Below, piece after piece: positions 1 through 10,242 of a DNA stretch of 32,000 bases (position 1 is the first letter of the stretch; the number at the start of each line of letters is the position of its first letter). The position numbers were made by a program, and so were the translations under genes. The notes under the pieces were generated by a model. The model was given only the letters and a program-made list of their open reading frames with translations, ran no database searches and was not told where the DNA came from. The DNA lies in assembly GCF_000025925.1 (NCBI RefSeq), contig NC_014033.1:2520001-2552000 (forward strand), read 5' to 3'. The DNA comes from Xylanibacter ruminicola 23. GTDB taxonomy: Bacteria > Bacteroidota > Bacteroidia > Bacteroidales > Bacteroidaceae.

Positions 1-252
1 CTGTTCGCTCCTGGTAAGGCTGTTAACGCCGGTGGTGTAGCCACATCAGGTTTGGAGATGACTCAGAACTCAATGCGCATGAGCTGGACCGCCGAGGAGG
101 TTGACCAGCGTCTGCACCAGATTATGAGTGGTATCCACGAGCAGTGCGTGAAGTACGGTAAGGAAGGCAACTACATTAACTATGTAAAGGGTGCCAACGT
201 AGCCGGCTTCATGAAGGTCGCTAAGGCTATGCTCGCTCAGGGCATCGTGTAG
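1..252 (+). CDS. gdhA: Glutamate dehydrogenase, C-terminal fragment (5' end lies outside the window)
   Basis: Frame 1 is open from nt 1 and reads LFAPGKAVNAGGVATSGLEMTQNSMRMSWTAEEVDQRLHQIM...AKAMLAQGIV*, the typical GDH C-terminus. The 'M' at 52 in the ORF track is a TTG inside this frame. Confidence 0.85.
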   Translation: MFAPGKAVNAGGVATSGLEMTQNSMRMSWTAEEVDQRLHQIMSGIHEQCVKYGKEGNYINYVKGANVAGFMKVAKAMLAQGIV

Positions 253-257
253 AGCTC

Positions 258-330
258 GGCGATAGCCAAGGTCTATTCTGCCATGCTGTCAGGCATTGGC
301 GGCGATAGCCAAGGTCTATACTGCCATGCT
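258..330. repeat. Two 30-bp direct repeats (258-287 and 301-330, one mismatch, 43-bp period), each followed by a small hairpin
   Basis: ggcgatagccaaggtctatTctgccatgct versus ggcgatagccaaggtctatActgccatgct. The second copy runs into the hairpin catgc-ttcg-gcatg. Confidence 0.85.
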
Positions 331-348
331 TCGGCATGAAGGCATTGT

Positions 349-861
349 ATGATCAAATTCATAAAAATAGTCGCAACGACACTAACACTAATAATAAGCT
401 TTACCGCTCAGGCGCAAACCGAGAGCGGTAAGGCTTCGTTTTATTCTAAAAGCTCCAGCGGCCGCCGAACGGCCAGCGGTGTGCGACTGCATCACGACAG
501 TCTTACATGCGCCCACCGCACCTACCCTTTCGGTACACTGCTGTTAGTAACCAACCCAGCCAATGGTAACCATGTTATCGTAAAGGTCATCGACCGTGGT
601 CCGTACGTTAAAGGTCGCGTTATCGACCTCTCGCATCGTGCCGCCAAAGAGTTAGGCATCATCGCCCAGGGCATAGCCCCAGTGATTGTCGAGGAGTTTA
701 ACGAGTCGGTCATCCCGTTCAAACCTGCCGAGGTATTCAGCAAGCCAGAGCTCGACTTAAGTACCAGCGATGGCGATGCCGCCACACCAATCTGGGTTGA
801 ACTAAACCAACAGATGAAACAGAAAAAGCAGCAGGAGCATAAAGAAAAAAAGAAGCGATAG
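349..861 (+). CDS. rlpA: RlpA-like (double-psi beta-barrel) secreted protein/lipoprotein
   Basis: 170 aa with an ATG start and a signal peptide (MIKFIKIVATTLTLIISFTAQAQ). Core GKASFYS...SGRRTASG...CAHRTYPFGTLLLVTN..NGNHVIVKVIDRGPYVKGRVIDLS..AA is typical of the RlpA family. The tail is Lys-rich. Confidence 0.75.
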   Translation: MIKFIKIVATTLTLIISFTAQAQTESGKASFYSKSSSGRRTASGVRLHHDSLTCAHRTYPFGTLLLVTNPANGNHVIVKVIDRGPYVKGRVIDLSHRAAKELGIIAQGIAPVIVEEFNESVIPFKPAEVFSKPELDLSTSDGDAATPIWVELNQQMKQKKQQEHKEKKKR

Positions 862-877
862 GACGAACCCTATCGCT
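854..877. terminator. Putative bidirectional terminator hairpin shared by two convergent genes
   Basis: A 9-bp stem (agcgatagg / cctatcgct) with a 6-nt loop. It overlaps both stop codons (TAG 859-861 on plus; TAG complement of 870-872 on minus). A T-run follows on the minus strand, as the complement of the A-run at 841-853. Confidence 0.45.
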
Positions 878-1568
878 TACTTGTTTGAATCCTGAACTCC
901 CTTGTCTGGGAAACAATCTCATTACGACCTAGAAAAACTCCTATACGGAAAACAGCCTCGCCATCTCTTAATCCATTATCAGCCCGTACGAGCGCTGTAT
1001 ATCTGATGCCCTTACCTGGGGCTATACTCTCTATCATTACGTTGTCAGAAACCTCTATATGCTTGTTTCCGCTTATTTCTGTTACATTAGGACGTACGCG
1101 GTACAGAATCTTATCTGTTGTATTATAAACCTCGAACACAATTCTGGCCTCCTCACCACGTGCCAGCACCTGGTCGCGACTACTGTCGATCAGCATCGGA
1201 CGGCGGATCTCCAACACATCAGGTGTGCGAGCTGGTGTATTATCCATATATATGCGATCATCGGGATAGTCATAATCCGACTGGCGTTGAACACTGCCAC
1301 GATCCATACGGCGCTGCTCGTATTGCTCCACCTTCTTTTGATGCGCTTCATCGGCTGCTTGTCCTACAGCTGCACCAACAATTGCACCACCGGCCATGCC
1401 AATCAGCGTGCCGACATCACTGCCACGTGGACCGCCAGAAAGGCCTCCGATAGCCGAACCGATGATTGATCCGAACCAGGCACCTGTGGTAGCCCCTGTC
1501 TCCGTGTAGGTGCCACAACTACTCAGCAGCAGCATGGCACCAAGCGACATAACAAACAACTTCTTCAT
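870..1568 (-). CDS. Hypothetical lipoprotein with an N-terminal glycine-zipper segment
   Basis: The ORF-track start at 1574 is a TTG. The ATG at 1568 gives MKKLFVMSLGAMLLLSSC (lipobox LSSC), followed by the Gly-zipper GAWFGSIIGSAIGGLSGG...GMAGGAIVGAAVG. Confidence 0.7.
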   Translation of the reverse strand: MKKLFVMSLGAMLLLSSCGTYTETGATTGAWFGSIIGSAIGGLSGGPRGSDVGTLIGMAGGAIVGAAVGQAADEAHQKKVEQYEQRRMDRGSVQRQSDYDYPDDRIYMDNTPARTPDVLEIRRPMLIDSSRDQVLARGEEARIVFEVYNTTDKILYRVRPNVTEISGNKHIEVSDNVMIESIAPGKGIRYTALVRADNGLRDGEAVFRIGVFLGRNEIVSQTREFRIQTSKR

Positions 1569-1602
1569 AACCAATCTAACTAACTAATTAACTATTTCGG
1601 TG

Positions 1603-1610
1603 CAAAGATA
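1603..1610 (-). promoter_or_regulatory. Bacteroidota-type -7 box (TATCTTTG on the minus strand) upstream of the lipoprotein gene
   Basis: Plus-strand caaagata is the reverse complement of TAnnTTTG, about 35 nt upstream of the ATG at 1568. No clear -33 TTTG at the correct spacing. Confidence 0.35.
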
Positions 1611-1700
1611 CGCATATATACAAAAAAAAGAAAAGGAATTCCCCCACACTTTGGTAGGAAAATCCCTATTCTTTATAATTAGAATATAAAATTCTAACGA

Positions 1701-2195
1701 TTACTCAGCCTTAGCCTCTTCAGCAGGAGCCTCAGTTGCAGGAGCCTCAGCTACGGGAGCCTCAGCAGCCTCTGCCTTTGGAGCAGCCTTGCGTGAACGA
1801 CGGGTTGACTTCTTCTTAGTATCCTTTGCCATCTCTGGATCAAAGTCAACGAGCTCGATGAAGCAAACCTGAGCAGCGTCACCCTGACGAGTACCGAGCT
1901 TAATGATACGAGTGTATCCACCGGGACGATCGCCAACCTTCTCACTTACAGTAGAGAAAAGCTCCTTGATAGCCTCCTTGTTCTGGAGGTAGCTGAATAC
2001 TACACGACGAGAGTTGGTAGAATCCTCCTTAGCCTTAGTGATCAGGGGCTCTACATACTTCTTCAGGGCCTTAGCCTTTGCTACGGTCGTAGTGATTCTT
2101 TTGTGCATGATCAGCGAGATAGCCATGTTTGCGAGCATGGCACTGCGGTGAGATGCAGTACGACCGAGATGATTAAATTTCTTATTATGTCTCAT
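1701..2195 (-). CDS. rplQ: 50S ribosomal protein L17, with an Ala/Glu/Pro-rich C-terminal tail
   Basis: [25 protein letters not shown]... matches the L17 family. It sits in the canonical position after rpoA. Confidence 0.96.
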   Translation of the reverse strand: MRHNKKFNHLGRTASHRSAMLANMAISLIMHKRITTTVAKAKALKKYVEPLITKAKEDSTNSRRVVFSYLQNKEAIKELFSTVSEKVGDRPGGYTRIIKLGTRQGDAAQVCFIELVDFDPEMAKDTKKKSTRRSRKAAPKAEAAEAPVAEAPATEAPAEEAKAE

Positions 2196-2225
2196 AATTA
2201 TTTTTTGCTTTTATTGGGCAAGAGA

Positions 2226-3218
2226 TTACTCTCTGTCCAGTTTGTATTTTGAAATATCAGTTCCAAACGACAGATTCAGACTCTCGAGCAAATCATCAAG
2301 CTCAGTGAGCGATTTCTTACCAAAGTTACGGAACTTCAGGAGGTCTGTCTTATTGTACTGTACCAGATCGCCAAGTGTCTCAACATCAGCGGCCTTGAGG
2401 CAGTTGAGGGCACGAACCGAGAGGTTCATGTCAACGAGACGAGTCTTAAGCAGCTGGCGCATGTGCAGGATCTCCTCGTCGAACTCCTGGTTGCTCTCAG
2501 TCTCAGAACTCTCGAGAGAGATCTTCTCGTCAGAGAACAGCATGAAGTGGTAGATGAGGATCTTAGCAGCCTCTTTCAGTGCATCCTTTGGGTGGATGGA
2601 ACCGTCCGTAGTAACCTCGAGTACCAGCTTGTCATAGTCGGTCTTCTGTTCAACACGATATGGCTCAACAGCGTACTTTACGTTACGGATCGGAGTGTAA
2701 ATAGAATCGATTGCAATTACATTAACGTCGGTGCAGAACTCGCGATTCTCATCGGCAGGTACATATCCACGACCTTTGTTGATTGTAATATCAATCTGCA
2801 TCGATGCTTTGGAATCTAAATGACAAATCACCAAATCGGGATTTAACACTTCAAATCCAGAAAGATACTTGCTGATATCACCAGCCTTGAATTCTGTAGA
2901 ATTCTCGACCGTGATACTTACTTTCTCGTTCTCGAATTCTTCTACTATTTGCTTGAATCGAACTTGCTTCAGATTCAAGATAATGTTGGTTACATCTTCC
3001 TTTACACCGGGAACTGATGAGAATTCATGCTCAACACCAGCAATGCGGATGGTGTTGATAGCATAACCCTCGAGTGATGAAAGCAGAATGCGGCGAAGGG
3101 CGTTACCAATGGTTACACCAAAGCCAGGCTCCAAAGGACGGAATTCGAACTTGCCGAACTTGTCGTTGGCCTCCAACATTACGACTTTATCGGGTTTTTG
3201 AAATGCTAATATCGCCAT
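2226..3218 (-). CDS. rpoA: DNA-directed RNA polymerase subunit alpha
   Basis: 330 aa with [11 protein letters not shown], an alpha-NTD and a C-terminal [10 protein letters not shown] helix-hairpin-helix. Synteny is rpsD-rpoA-rplQ. Confidence 0.97.
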   Translation of the reverse strand: MAILAFQKPDKVVMLEANDKFGKFEFRPLEPGFGVTIGNALRRILLSSLEGYAINTIRIAGVEHEFSSVPGVKEDVTNIILNLKQVRFKQIVEEFENEKVSITVENSTEFKAGDISKYLSGFEVLNPDLVICHLDSKASMQIDITINKGRGYVPADENREFCTDVNVIAIDSIYTPIRNVKYAVEPYRVEQKTDYDKLVLEVTTDGSIHPKDALKEAAKILIYHFMLFSDEKISLESSETESNQEFDEEILHMRQLLKTRLVDMNLSVRALNCLKAADVETLGDLVQYNKTDLLKFRNFGKKSLTELDDLLESLNLSFGTDISKYKLDRE

Positions 3219-3232
3219 TAATTTAAATGATT

Positions 3233-3841
3233 TTAGTTCTTAGAGTACAACTCAACGATTAACTGCTCCTTAATATTCTCGGGGATGTCGGCGCGCTCAG
3301 GCTTGTGCAGGAACTTACCGCCCTTTACATTCTCATCCCACTCAATCCAAGGATACTTGCTGTGATTGAAACCTGCAAGAGCAGCCTCAATAACCTCAAG
3401 TGACTTAGACTTCTCACGAACAGCTACAACCTGACCAGGCTTAACAGCATAAGAAGGAATATTAACAACCTGACCATCAACTGTAATGTGCTTGTGACCT
3501 ACGAGCTGACGAGCAGCAGCGCGAGTTGGAGCAATACCAAGACGGAATACTACGTTGTCGAGACGACTCTCGAGGTTCTGCAGCAGAACCTCACCAGTGA
3601 TACCCTCAGCCTTAGCTGCCTTCTCAAACATATTACGGAACTGACGCTCGAGTACACCATAGGTATACTTGGCTTTCTGCTTCTCTGCCAGCATGACTGC
3701 ATACTCCGACATCTTACGACGACGGTTGTTGCCATGCTGTCCAGGAGGGAAGTTTCTCCTAGACAAAACTTTGTCTGCGCCGAAGATGGGCTCACCAAAA
3801 CGACGCGCAATTTTTGATTTCGGTCCTAAATATCTTGCCAT
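3233..3841 (-). CDS. rpsD: 30S ribosomal protein S4
   Basis: [21 protein letters not shown]... matches the S4 family, with fitting synteny. Confidence 0.97.
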   Translation of the reverse strand: MARYLGPKSKIARRFGEPIFGADKVLSRRNFPPGQHGNNRRRKMSEYAVMLAEKQKAKYTYGVLERQFRNMFEKAAKAEGITGEVLLQNLESRLDNVVFRLGIAPTRAAARQLVGHKHITVDGQVVNIPSYAVKPGQVVAVREKSKSLEVIEAALAGFNHSKYPWIEWDENVKGGKFLHKPERADIPENIKEQLIVELYSKN

Positions 3842-3881
3842 AATAATAAAATATGTTTCTTCTTAATAATCCTTCTAATAA

Positions 3882-4271
3882 TTATACGCGACGACGCTTT
3901 GGAGGACGACATCCGTTGTGTGGCAGTGGAGTTACATCGATAATCTCCATTACCTCGATACCAGCACCATGAATGGCACGGATAGCTGACTCACGACCGT
4001 TACCGGGACCCTTAACATAAGCCTTAACCTTGCGAAGACCCAGGTCGTAAGCAACCTTAGCGCAATCCTCAGCAGCCATCTGGGCAGCATAAGGAGTATT
4101 CTTCTTAGAGCCACGGAAGCCCATCTTACCAGCTGATGACCAAGAGATGATCTGACCCTCGTCGTTAGCCAGCGATACAATAATATTATTAAAAGAACTG
4201 TGTACGTGGAGCTGGCCGATAGCGTTTACTCTCACGTTTCTCTTCTTTGAAGTGACTGTTTTCTTTGCCAT
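3882..4271 (-). CDS. rpsK: 30S ribosomal protein S11
   Basis: ...[30 protein letters not shown]...[13 protein letters not shown]. Confidence 0.97.
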   Translation of the reverse strand: MAKKTVTSKKRNVRVNAIGQLHVHSSFNNIIVSLANDEGQIISWSSAGKMGFRGSKKNTPYAAQMAAEDCAKVAYDLGLRKVKAYVKGPGNGRESAIRAIHGAGIEVMEIIDVTPLPHNGCRPPKRRRV

Positions 4272-4303
4272 AATTCCTAATTTCTTAAATGTTCAACTTA
4301 GAA

Positions 4304-4684
4304 TTACTTCGTAGCCTTCTTCTTGTTAGCAACAGTCTTCTTCTTACCCTTACGAGTACGAGCATTATTCTTAGTGCTCTGACCGCGAACGGGAAGACCG
4401 TTACGATGACGGACGCCACGATAGCAACCAATATCCATCAGTCGCTTGATATTCAACTGGATCTCTGAACGGAGATCACCTTCTACTTTGAATTCAGCGC
4501 CGATAATTTCACGGATTTTGGCTGCCTGGTCGTCAGTCCACTCGTTAACCTTCAGGTCACGGCTGACACCTGCCTTATCCAATATCTTTGCTGAACTACT
4601 TCGACCAATACCGTAGATATAGGTCAATGCGATTTCGCCACGCTTATTCTGGGGCAAATCTACTCCAACAATTCTTATTGCCAT
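4304..4684 (-). CDS. rpsM: 30S ribosomal protein S13
   Basis: [27 protein letters not shown]... Confidence 0.97.
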   Translation of the reverse strand: MAIRIVGVDLPQNKRGEIALTYIYGIGRSSSAKILDKAGVSRDLKVNEWTDDQAAKIREIIGAEFKVEGDLRSEIQLNIKRLMDIGCYRGVRHRNGLPVRGQSTKNNARTRKGKKKTVANKKKATK

Positions 4685-4745
4685 TGTTAATTAAAAAGAT
4701 AAAAATAAATTACTCTAAAAATTACATTTCTTGCTAAAAAGCATG

Positions 4746-4753
4746 CAAAGGTA
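4746..4753 (-). promoter_or_regulatory. Possible internal promoter (-7 box TACCTTTG, minus strand) between rpmJ and rpsM
   Basis: Plus-strand caaaggta lies in the 112-nt AT-rich gap between rpmJ and rpsM. No convincing -33 element. Confidence 0.35.
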
Positions 4754-4796
4754 CGAAGAATTTTTCAATTCTCCGCCATTTTATGCATTTTTAACA

Positions 4797-4913
4797 TTAA
4801 CCCTGACGCATTTTATACTTTGGGTTCTTCTTGTTGATAACGAACAGGCGACCCTTACGACGTACGATTTTGCAGTCTGGGGTACGCTTCTTCAATGATG
4901 CTCTTGTCTTCAT
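4797..4913 (-). CDS. rpmJ: 50S ribosomal protein L36 (below the ORF-track cut-off)
   Basis: Hand translation of the minus strand gives [38 protein letters not shown] (38 aa). It lies between infA and rpsM as expected. Confidence 0.92.
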   Translation of the reverse strand: MKTRASLKKRTPDCKIVRRKGRLFVINKKNPKYKMRQG

Positions 4914-4928
4914 ATTAATTCGTATTGT

Positions 4929-5147
4929 TTATTTGTATCTGAATACAATTCGTCCCTTTGTCAGGTCATAGGGGCTCATTTCCACCTTAACCTTATCACC
5001 GGGGAGGATCTTGATATAGTGCATTCTCATCTTACCAGAGATATGCGCAATAATCTGGACCCCATTTTCAAGTTCTACACGAAACATCGCATTCGACAGC
5101 GATTCTACAATTGTTCCGTCCTGCTCAATAGCGGATTGTTTTGCCAT
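4929..5147 (-). CDS. infA: Translation initiation factor IF-1
   Basis: 72 aa: [29 protein letters not shown]...RIVFRYK. Confidence 0.97.
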   Translation of the reverse strand: MAKQSAIEQDGTIVESLSNAMFRVELENGVQIIAHISGKMRMHYIKILPGDKVKVEMSPYDLTKGRIVFRYK

Positions 5148-5156
5148 ACTTAATGT

Positions 5157-5957
5157 TTAATATAACTTACCTTCTAATTTCTCCACTTCTTCAAAAGAAG
5201 ACAGGATTTCGGCCTGACCCTTTCTAACAGCAATGGTATGCTCAAAATGAGCTGCTGGCTTTCCGTCGCGAGTACGGATTGTCCAGCGGTCGGCATCCAT
5301 CCAGATGGCTCGGTTACCCATTGTTACCATAGGCTCGATAGCCAAGCACATACCGGCTTTCAGCATGATACCGTTGCCACGTCGACCATAGTTAGGCACC
5401 TGTGGGTCTTCGTGCATCTCGCGACCGATACCGTGACCGGTCAACTCACGTACGATGCCGTACTTCTGTGCCTCACAATGCTCCTGCACTGCAGCGCTGA
5501 TATCCCCCAGGTGTTTGCCCGCTACGGCACTTTCGATACCTTTGTAAAGCGACTCCTTGGTAGTCTTCAACAGCTGCTTGACCTCGTCGGAAACCTCGCC
5601 CACACAGAATGTGTAACACGAATCTCCATTAAAGCCGTTCAACAGTGTACCGCAGTCGATCGAAATGATGTCGCCCTCTTTGAGAACAGTCTCAGCGTTG
5701 GGCACGCCATGAACCACTACGTCGTTCACCGATGTGCAGATGCTGGCAGGAAACGGCCCTCCATATGGATTGGGGAAACCCTTGAAAGTTGGGATAGCAC
5801 CATTATCTCTAATGAACTCATCCGCTATCTTATCCAACTGGAGGGTCGTTATACCAGGCTTAATATGTTTAGCCAATTCGCCAAGCGTTTTGCCAACAAG
5901 TTGGTTGGCCTGGCGCATCAGCTCTATCTCATCTTCAGTTTTTAGATATATCTTCAT
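5157..5957 (-). CDS. map: Type I methionine aminopeptidase
   Basis: 266 aa with VVHGVP, DISIDCG, GHGIGREMHEDPQVPNY and EPMV metal-site motifs. Synteny is secY-map-infA. Confidence 0.95.
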   Translation of the reverse strand: MKIYLKTEDEIELMRQANQLVGKTLGELAKHIKPGITTLQLDKIADEFIRDNGAIPTFKGFPNPYGGPFPASICTSVNDVVVHGVPNAETVLKEGDIISIDCGTLLNGFNGDSCYTFCVGEVSDEVKQLLKTTKESLYKGIESAVAGKHLGDISAAVQEHCEAQKYGIVRELTGHGIGREMHEDPQVPNYGRRGNGIMLKAGMCLAIEPMVTMGNRAIWMDADRWTIRTRDGKPAAHFEHTIAVRKGQAEILSSFEEVEKLEGKLY

Positions 5958-5963
5958 AGAAGA

Positions 5964-7304
5964 TTAGTATGCGGCCATTCCACGTCCGTGAATACGACCT
6001 GAACTGAGCAGACCGTCGTAATGACGCATCAGCAGGTGACTCTCGATCTGAGCGAGTGTGTCGAGCACAACGCCCACCAGAATCAGCAACGATGTTCCAC
6101 CGAAGAACTGAGAGAACGCATCCTGAACATTCAGCAAGCTTGCCAATGCAGGCATGATAGCGATGAATGCGATGAACAATGAACCGGGGAGAGTAATGCG
6201 ACTCATAACTGTGTCGATGTACTCAGCGGTCTCCTTACCGGGCTTAACACCTGGGATGAAACCATTGTTACGCTTCATGTCCTCAGCCATCTGAGTAGGA
6301 TTCAGAGTGATGGCTGTGTAGAAGTATGTGAAAGCGATAATCAGTATAGCGAAAATGATGTTGTAGGTCCAGCTGTGATGATCGAGCATCGTGCGAACGA
6401 ACCAACTTGCATTCTCAGGAGCTGAATACTGTACGATAGTCAATGGAATGAACATCAGAGCCTGAGCAAAGATGATAGGCATTACATTGGCAGCGAACAG
6501 CTTCAGGGGGATATACTGACGTGCTCCACCGACCTGCTTGTTACCTACGAGGCGCTTAGCGTACTGAACGGGCACTTTGCGAACACCCTGTACCAGAACA
6601 ATTGATGCGCAAACAACTGCATAGAGAATGATGATCTCGACCAAGAACATAACCAGTCCACCACCAGTGATGGCAGTGAATCGCGAGCTAACCTCCTGGA
6701 TGAATGCCTGAGGCAGACGTGCGATAATACCGATCATAATAATCAGTGAGATACCATTACCTATACCCTTATCCGTAATGCGCTCACCCAACCACAGGAT
6801 AAACATGCTACCTGCAGCCAGAATGATAACAGCAGGAACCATGAAGTATGACCATGAGATGCCTGTTGCCAGGGCAGCTCCCGAAGTCATCTTCAGGTTC
6901 ATCAGGTAACCCGGTGCCTGGAACATCAGGATGGCTACAGTGAGCCAACGGGTGTACATGCTGATCTTCTTGCGGCCGCTTTCACCTTCGCGCTGCATTT
7001 TCTGCACGTAGGGAACAGCGACAGCAAGAAGCTGCATTACGATAGAAGCAGAGATGTAAGGCATGATTCCAAGCGCAAAGATAGATGCGTTGGAGAATGC
7101 ACCACCGGAGAACATGTCGAGCAATGACATCAAACCACCGGCAGTCTGTGACTGCAATTGGCTTAACATGGCTGGGTTGATACCAGGAAGTACAACGAAC
7201 GAACCAAAACGATAAATTGCTACGAACAGGAGAGTGATGAGGATGCGCTGGCGCAAGTCCTCAATCTTCCAGATGTTCTTCAGTGTCTCTATTAACTTCT
7301 TCAT
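5964..7304 (-). CDS. secY: Preprotein translocase subunit SecY
   Basis: 446 aa, multi-pass membrane protein with FSGGAFSNASIFALGIMPYISASI. It follows rplO. Confidence 0.97.
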   Translation of the reverse strand: MKKLIETLKNIWKIEDLRQRILITLLFVAIYRFGSFVVLPGINPAMLSQLQSQTAGGLMSLLDMFSGGAFSNASIFALGIMPYISASIVMQLLAVAVPYVQKMQREGESGRKKISMYTRWLTVAILMFQAPGYLMNLKMTSGAALATGISWSYFMVPAVIILAAGSMFILWLGERITDKGIGNGISLIIMIGIIARLPQAFIQEVSSRFTAITGGGLVMFLVEIIILYAVVCASIVLVQGVRKVPVQYAKRLVGNKQVGGARQYIPLKLFAANVMPIIFAQALMFIPLTIVQYSAPENASWFVRTMLDHHSWTYNIIFAILIIAFTYFYTAITLNPTQMAEDMKRNNGFIPGVKPGKETAEYIDTVMSRITLPGSLFIAFIAIMPALASLLNVQDAFSQFFGGTSLLILVGVVLDTLAQIESHLLMRHYDGLLSSGRIHGRGMAAY

Positions 7305-7312
7305 TTTTAATG

Positions 7313-7759
7313 TTAGATTTTTGTTGCGTTACCACCTACTGCCTTGATTGCCTCTTCAGCAGTCTTTGAGAAAGCGTTAGCTTCTACGTCAACCTTAGCC
7401 TTGAGCTCACCGTTGCCAAGAACCTTTACCAGCACCTTGCCATTGGTAAGACCAGCAGCGATCAACTCCTCAATGCCGATCTTGGTGAGGTTCTTCTCCT
7501 CAGCAAGCTTCTGCAGTGTAGAGAGGTTAACTGCAAAGTACTCCTTGTGGTTGATGTTCTTGAAACCAGACTTCGGAACGCGACGCTGGAGTGGCATCTG
7601 ACCACCTTCGAATCCAATCTTTCTCTTATAACCAGAACGAGCCTTGGCACCCTTGTGACCACGAGTAGAAGTACCACCCAGACCTGAACCAGGTCCGCGA
7701 CCGATACGACGACTTGAGTGGGTAGAACCCTCAGCCGGCTTTAAATTATTCAGTTTCAT
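7313..7759 (-). CDS. rplO: 50S ribosomal protein L15
   Basis: MKLNNLKPAEGSTHSSRRIGRGPGSGLGGTSTRGHKG... Confidence 0.97.
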   Translation of the reverse strand: MKLNNLKPAEGSTHSSRRIGRGPGSGLGGTSTRGHKGAKARSGYKRKIGFEGGQMPLQRRVPKSGFKNINHKEYFAVNLSTLQKLAEEKNLTKIGIEELIAAGLTNGKVLVKVLGNGELKAKVDVEANAFSKTAEEAIKAVGGNATKI

Positions 7760-7785
7760 AATCGAATCTACTTTTAAAATGTTAA

Positions 7786-7962
7786 TTACTCAACTACTGT
7801 TACCAGGTGGTGTACCTTACGGATCATACCACGGATTGAAGGAGTATCCTCTACCTCAACAACCTGAGAGATCTTGCGCAGGCCGAGAGCCTCGAGAGTG
7901 CGCTTCTGATCAACTGGATAACCGATCTTACTCTTAATCTGCTTTACCTTAATTGTTGCCAT
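7786..7962 (-). CDS. rpmD: 50S ribosomal protein L30 (below the ORF-track cut-off)
   Basis: Hand translation gives [58 protein letters not shown] (58 aa), between rpsE and rplO. Confidence 0.92.
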   Translation of the reverse strand: MATIKVKQIKSKIGYPVDQKRTLEALGLRKISQVVEVEDTPSIRGMIRKVHHLVTVVE

Positions 7963-7976
7963 AGTTATTTTCTCCT

Positions 7977-8489
7977 TTAACCTCTAAATACTTTATCCAT
8001 ACTGATTCCACGAGTACCTGCTACAGTATAGGCATCACGCATCTGACTCAGAGCTACGATAGTTGCCTTAACCAGGTTGTGAGGGTTAGATGAGCCCTTT
8101 GACTTAGCGAGCACATCCTTGATACCAACACTCTCCAGTACGGCACGCATAGCACCACCGGCAACAAGACCGGTACCAGCAGCAGCTGGCTTCAGGAATA
8201 CCTGAGCACCGCCGAAGCGAGCCTCCATCTCATGAGGGATGGTACCCTTGAGTACGGGAACTTTAACAAGATTCTTCTTAGCTGCCTCAACACCCTTGGC
8301 GATAGCTGCTGTAACCTCACCAGCCTTACCAAGACCCCAGCCGATGATACCGTTGCCGTCGCCGACAACTACAATGGCTGCGAATGTAAAGGTGCGACCT
8401 CCCTTTGTTACCTTGGTAACACGGTTGATGGCAACCAGTCTGTCTTTCAACTCTACGTCACTATTTACTTTAACTTTGTTCATTGCCAT
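7977..8489 (-). CDS. rpsE: 30S ribosomal protein S5
   Basis: ...[39 protein letters not shown]... An alternative ATG lies at 8483. Confidence 0.96.
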   Translation of the reverse strand: MAMNKVKVNSDVELKDRLVAINRVTKVTKGGRTFTFAAIVVVGDGNGIIGWGLGKAGEVTAAIAKGVEAAKKNLVKVPVLKGTIPHEMEARFGGAQVFLKPAAAGTGLVAGGAMRAVLESVGIKDVLAKSKGSSNPHNLVKATIVALSQMRDAYTVAGTRGISMDKVFRG

Positions 8490-8495
8490 AATCGT

Positions 8496-8840
8496 TTAGA
8501 ATTTAAGTCCACCTTTACGAGCTGCGTCTGCAAGCGACTTTACGCGGCCGTGATACAGATAACCGTTACGGTCGAAGACAACGGCGCTAACGCCAGCCTC
8601 CTGAGCCTTCTTGGCTACCAGCTCACCTACCTTCTCAGCCTGCTCGATCTTAGGCATAGCCTCGAGACCCAGTGAAGATGCAGAAGCAAGTGTTTTACCT
8701 TCCAAATCATTGATCACCTGAGCATAGATCTGCTTGTTGCTGCGGAAAACGCTCAGACGAGGACGCTCGGCTGTGCCGAATACGTTCTTACGAATTCTAT
8801 ATTTGATCTTAATTCGTCTTTCTACTTTCTTTGTTGTCAT
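8496..8840 (-). CDS. rplR: 50S ribosomal protein L18
   Basis: The ORF-track start at 8849 is a TTG. The ATG at 8840 gives [20 protein letters not shown]..., L18 family. Confidence 0.94.
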   Translation of the reverse strand: MTTKKVERRIKIKYRIRKNVFGTAERPRLSVFRSNKQIYAQVINDLEGKTLASASSLGLEAMPKIEQAEKVGELVAKKAQEAGVSAVVFDRNGYLYHGRVKSLADAARKGGLKF

Positions 8841-8874
8841 AATCTTCAATTTTTAATGATGTTAATTTTCAAGA

Positions 8875-9444
8875 TTACTTAGCTGAAGCTGACTTACCCG
8901 ACTTACGACGGATAACCTCACCCTTGAACAAAATACCCTTTCCTTTGTAAGGCTCAGGCATACGGAAAGAACGAATCTTAGCACAAATCAGACCGAGCAG
9001 TGCCTTGTCGCATGACTCGAGGATAATCTGAGGATTCTGGTTACGCTCAGACTTGGTCTCAACCTTAACCTCCTTAGGAAGCTGGATGAAGATGGGGTGA
9101 GTATAACCCAGAGCGAACTCGATGATGTTACCCTGGTTAGAAACACGGTAACCTACACCTACGAGCTCCATCTCCTTCTTATAACCTTCGCTTACGCCTA
9201 CTACCATGTTGTTAACAAGCGCACGATACAGACCGTGGAAAGCCTGCTTCTGCTTGATGTTAACAGGGCTGTTCTCGTCGATCTCAAACTTAATCTGACC
9301 GTCCTCGATAGTCATCTTGATTGAGGGGTCAACCTTCTGTGTCAGCTCTCCCTTTGGACCCTTAACGGTTACAACACCGTCCTTGTCCTGAGCAACAGTA
9401 ACGCCTGCAGGGATACTAATTGGCAATTTTCCTATTCTTGACAT
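8875..9444 (-). CDS. rplF: 50S ribosomal protein L6
   Basis: MSRIGKLPISIPAGVTV... Confidence 0.97.
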   Translation of the reverse strand: MSRIGKLPISIPAGVTVAQDKDGVVTVKGPKGELTQKVDPSIKMTIEDGQIKFEIDENSPVNIKQKQAFHGLYRALVNNMVVGVSEGYKKEMELVGVGYRVSNQGNIIEFALGYTHPIFIQLPKEVKVETKSERNQNPQIILESCDKALLGLICAKIRSFRMPEPYKGKGILFKGEVIRRKSGKSASAK

Positions 9445-9458
9445 ATTCTATCCTCCAA

Positions 9459-9854
9459 TTAATATACATAGCAAAGAACCTCACCACCGATCTTCAGGGC
9501 TGCGGCCTCTTTGTCTGTCATTACACCTTTAGACGTGGAAAGGATGGCAATTCCAAGTCCGTTAATTACTCTCGGCATGTCTTTGTAGCCAGTGTACTGG
9601 CGAAGACCTGGGGTTGAAACTCGCTTCAAGCACTTGATAGCGTTTTCACGAGTAGCTGGGTTGTACTTCAAAGCAACCTTGATAGTACCCTGAGGACCAT
9701 CCTCGATGAACTTGTAGTTCAGGATGTAACCCTTCTCGAAGAGGATCTTAGTGATCTCTTTCTTCAAGTTTGACGCAGGAACCTCAACGACACGGTGATG
9801 TGCCATGATGGCGTTTCTGAGTCTTGTCAGATAATCTGCTATTGGATCTGTCAT
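9459..9854 (-). CDS. rpsH: 30S ribosomal protein S8
   Basis: MTDPIADYLTRLRNAIMA... Confidence 0.97.
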   Translation of the reverse strand: MTDPIADYLTRLRNAIMAHHRVVEVPASNLKKEITKILFEKGYILNYKFIEDGPQGTIKVALKYNPATRENAIKCLKRVSTPGLRQYTGYKDMPRVINGLGIAILSTSKGVMTDKEAAALKIGGEVLCYVY

Positions 9855-9934
9855 AAAAATAAATGTTTTAATTAATCGGGACTACCCCGACAATATTAAA
9901 TTAATAAATCTCTTTTTTGCTTAAATCAGGTAGA

Positions 9935-10237
9935 TTACCAGCTGGCCTTCTTTACTCCAGGAATCAGACCGTTTGATGCCATCTCACGGAACTGGATACG
10001 AGAAAGACCGAACTGACGCATATATCCCTTTGGACGACCTGTGATCTTGCAACGGTTGTGCAGACGGATAGGGTTAGCGTTCTTAGGGATGCTCTGCAAC
10101 TTGCGAGCTGCCTCATAAGCCTCTGCGGGATCCTCAGTAGTAGCGATCACCTTCTTCAGAGTTGCACGTTTCTCAGCGTAGCGAGCAACGAGCTTAGCGC
10201 GCTTTACCTCGCGGGCTTTCATTGATTCTTTTGCCAT
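9935..10237 (-). CDS. rpsN: 30S ribosomal protein S14 (long form)
   Basis: [24 protein letters not shown]...[11 protein letters not shown]. Confidence 0.96.
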   Translation of the reverse strand: MAKESMKAREVKRAKLVARYAEKRATLKKVIATTEDPAEAYEAARKLQSIPKNANPIRLHNRCKITGRPKGYMRQFGLSRIQFREMASNGLIPGVKKASW

Positions 10238-10242
10238 ATCTC

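Noticed and set aside
5238-5945. 235-aa plus-strand ORF; similar plus-strand ORFs lie at 11887-12414, 28745-29482, 8232-8675 and 21698-22216
   Set aside because: All are antisense to confidently identified genes (map, rplP, the OM barrel, rpsE/rplR, the lipoprotein). None has a recognisable motif or a sensible start context.
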